64,000 nucleotides of DNA from positions 576,001-640,000 of the forward strand of contig CAWHTE010000001.1 in the NCBI GenBank assembly GCA_963832165.1, written 5' to 3'. Of this stretch, positions 61,757 through 64,000 are shown piece after piece. The DNA is from an uncultured delta proteobacterium. GTDB lineage: Bacteria > Myxococcota_A > UBA9160 > SMWR01. A program made the translations under genes and the position numbers. Positions within the stretch are counted from its first letter, which is position 1. Every line of letters starts with the position of its first letter. The notes under the pieces were generated by a model. It saw nothing but the letters and a program-made list of their open reading frames with translations, had not been told where the DNA came from and ran no database searches.

Positions 61757-62659
61757 ATGGGGATCTGTGAAGGGCGCGTGGTGATCGTGACCGGAGCCGG
61801 GCGCGGGATCGGCCGCGAGCATGCACTCGAGCTCGCGCGCCAGGGCGCGCGCGTCGTGGTGAACGACCTCGGCGCGACGACGGGCGGCGACGGTGCAGAC
61901 GCGAGCCCCGCGCAGGAAGTGGCAGCGGAGGTCCGTCGCCTCGGTGGCGAAGCGATCGTCGATGGGTCGGACGTCGCCGACTTCGAGCAGGCCGCCGGGC
62001 TCGTGAAGGCGGCCGTCGATGCGTTCGGTCGGCTCGACGCCGTGGTGAACAACGCGGGCATCCTGCGCGACCGCATGTTCGCGAACACCTCGATCGAGGA
62101 GTGGGACGCGATCATGCACGTGCACCTGCGCGGGCATTTCTGTGTCAGTCGGCACGCGTGCGCGCACTGGCGCGATCGCTCGAAGGCCGGCGAGCGCGTC
62201 GCGGCGCGGATCGTGAACACGAGCTCGGGCGCGGGTCTCCAGGGCAGCGTCGGCCAGAGCAACTACGCCGCGGCGAAGGCCGGCATCGCCGGGCTCACGC
62301 TCGTGCAGGCGGTGGAGCTGGCGCGCTACGGAGTCACCGCGAACGCGATTGCGCCGTCCGCGCGCACGCGCCTCACCGAGAACGTCTTCCCGGACATGAT
62401 GCGCAAGCCCGAGTCGGGCTTCGACGTGATGGATCCTGCGAACATCGCGCCGCTGGTCGCCTGGCTGTGCAGCGAGGAGTCGGGCGACGTCACGGGCCGC
62501 GTGTTCGAGATCGAGGGCGGAAAGATCAGCGTCGCCGACGGCTGGCGCACCGGCCCCGCGATCGATCGCGGCGGGCGCTGGGACCCCACCGAAGTGGGCG
62601 ACGCCGTGCGCGAGATCATCAGCAAGGCGGTTCCGCCGCAGAAGGTGTTCGGAACCTGA
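61757..62659 (+). CDS. Short-chain dehydrogenase/reductase
   Basis: TGAGRGIG, NNAGILRD, NYAAAK; RBS AGGAGGAG. Confidence 0.95.
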   Translation: MGICEGRVVIVTGAGRGIGREHALELARQGARVVVNDLGATTGGDGADASPAQEVAAEVRRLGGEAIVDGSDVADFEQAAGLVKAAVDAFGRLDAVVNNAGILRDRMFANTSIEEWDAIMHVHLRGHFCVSRHACAHWRDRSKAGERVAARIVNTSSGAGLQGSVGQSNYAAAKAGIAGLTLVQAVELARYGVTANAIAPSARTRLTENVFPDMMRKPESGFDVMDPANIAPLVAWLCSEESGDVTGRVFEIEGGKISVADGWRTGPAIDRGGRWDPTEVGDAVREIISKAVPPQKVFGT

Positions 62660-62674
62660 TCCGCTCGCGCTGCC

Positions 62675-62838
62675 CGGAAAGGCCGAACGGGGCGGTGCCG
62701 TCGCCAACCCCACGGCACCGTCCCGCTCACTCTGCGCAGCGTCATCCGAGCGGCTTCTCGCTCCGCCGCGCAACCCAGGACTGCGGCCTGACTCGTGTCC
62801 TGGGAATCCGAGCTCCCCGGCGAAGGAAGGCTCGGAGC
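62675..62838 (-). ncRNA. Candidate four-hairpin small RNA
   Basis: Four abutting stem-loops between convergent genes, preceded on the minus strand by TTGATT-N17-CAGAGT. Confidence 0.5.
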
Positions 62839-62858
62839 CACTCTGATCCGGTTCGAAG

Positions 62859-62890
62859 ATCGAATCAAGTAATTTGATCATCGAATCAAG
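62859..62890. promoter_or_regulatory. 11-bp direct repeat ATCGAATCAAG x2, period 21 bp
   Basis: Exact copies at 62859 and 62880 in an AT-rich patch; one overlaps the putative -35 box. Confidence 0.6.
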
Positions 62891-62917
62891 AAAACTCCAT
62901 GACTCGTCCCTGGAGCT

Positions 62918-64000
62918 CTACTCGGGCGATATCGAGCGCAGGACCGCGCGGCGGAACGCTCGGATCACGGGCAGCCGGTCGAGCCACGGCGACGCGTCCG
63001 CGCGCGACGGGTCGCGCGGGTGGGGCGGGCCCGCGTAGCCGCGAGGGATCTGCTCGAACCCCGGGAGGTCGTCGCCGGTGTTGTACTCGAAGCCCGGCAC
63101 GCAGAGGTCGTCGTCGATCGCGACGTCGATCGTGCGCACGCCGAAGCTCGACAGCTCGGTGGTGGTGGCCTGCGGTGGGATGATCCAGACGTGCTGCGGC
63201 CCGGCCATGAACAGGTACTGGATGAGCCGGTTGCGCGAGAGGATCCGGAAGCGGTGCACGGCGCCGCCGTAGAGCGAGCTGTCGAGGACGGTCTGTTCGA
63301 GCACGCCGCGCGAGAAGTCGGGCGCGAAGCCGTTCGCGAAGCGCAGAGAGGCCGGGTCGCCCGCGCGCGCGAAGCCCGCGATCGGACGTCCGCCGTTCAC
63401 GAGGTTGCGCGGGTTCGCGCGCGCACGTCGGCGCGGCGCGGTGAAGCTCGAGTACGCGGCGATCCGATCGTCGGGCGCGCGGCGCAGCACGCGCGCGATC
63501 GCGTCGGGGTCGTAGGGCACGCGCTTCGCGCCGCGGTTCAGGCGCTCGAATGCATCCTGGACCTCGAGCGGGAGGTCGGTCGTGGATTCGTGGGAAGACT
63601 CGATCTCGTAGCCGCCGTCGCGGATCACGCGCGCGTCACCCTTGCCGATCCAGTTCTCGCGCGCCGAGCGCGCGAAGTGCGACGCGCAGCGCCAGATCAG
63701 CGACACGTCCTTGTAGAACAGCCGCGCGTGGATGCGCTCGCATTCTCCCGCGCGCGCGACATAGCCGACGGTGAAGCGCAGGTCTTCGTTCTGTCGCGCC
63801 GCGGAGAGGTAGTAGGTGGTGTCGAACAGGTCGATGCGGAAGCGCGGCACGTAGCCCTGCGCGAGCAGACGCTCCGGGCGTGCATGGTTCGATCCGTCGC
63901 AGCAGAGCAGGGCGCCGCGCGCGATCCGCGCGCGGAACTCGCGCTCGACCGCGCGCGGCGTCAGCGGCGCGAGTTCTGCGCTCGCGGCGACGCGGCGCGG
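62918..64000 (-). CDS. Hypothetical protein (5' partial)
   Basis: The frame is open to the window end with protein-like composition (RLFYKDVSLIWRCASH, ELSSFGVRT). Family not recognised. Confidence 0.75.
   Translation of the reverse strand, partial: PRRVAASAELAPLTPRAVEREFRARIARGALLCCDGSNHARPERLLAQGYVPRFRIDLFDTTYYLSAARQNEDLRFTVGYVARAGECERIHARLFYKDVSLIWRCASHFARSARENWIGKGDARVIRDGGYEIESSHESTTDLPLEVQDAFERLNRGAKRVPYDPDAIARVLRRAPDDRIAAYSSFTAPRRRARANPRNLVNGGRPIAGFARAGDPASLRFANGFAPDFSRGVLEQTVLDSSLYGGAVHRFRILSRNRLIQYLFMAGPQHVWIIPPQATTTELSSFGVRTIDVAIDDDLCVPGFEYNTGDDLPGFEQIPRGYAGPPHPRDPSRADASPWLDRLPVIRAFRRAVLRSISPE

Overview
This is a very GC-rich, gene-dense bacterial window. The content suggests an uncultured Myxococcota/Deltaproteobacteria-like heterotroph (inference): PEP-CTERM proteins, sigma-54 promoters, and many actinobacterial-type catabolic enzymes. 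It holds about 58 CDS. Most are lipid/steroid/aromatic catabolism genes: a BVMO, two acyl-CoA ligases, a ketosteroid dehydrogenase-like flavoprotein, an HsaA-like monooxygenase, two extradiol dioxygenases, MaoC hydratases, LLM/F420 oxidoreductases, SDRs and three amidohydrolases. There is also a c-di-GMP/two-component island, an ECF sigma/anti-sigma/DUF4097 module, an ATP-dependent DNA ligase and a DUF222-like HNH gene. About ten genes carry single-base frameshifts, probably long-read indels. The main hidden features are: (1) a selenoprotein split by the ORF caller (WASW-UGA-GC, followed by a SECIS-like hairpin); (2) a candidate stand-alone multi-hairpin sRNA with its own promoter and direct repeats between convergent genes at 62.7-62.9 kb; (3) an orphan IS1202-like end abutting a 138-nt branched hairpin at 53.9-54.1 kb; (4) a divergent ring-hydroxylation/meta-cleavage cluster with a non-canonical lower pathway; (5) an SSB-like DUF3127 gene read in frame with a flavoprotein; (6) back-to-back ECF promoters sharing one palindrome. 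No rRNA, tRNA or CRISPR array was seen. All family assignments come from motif recognition, not database searches.
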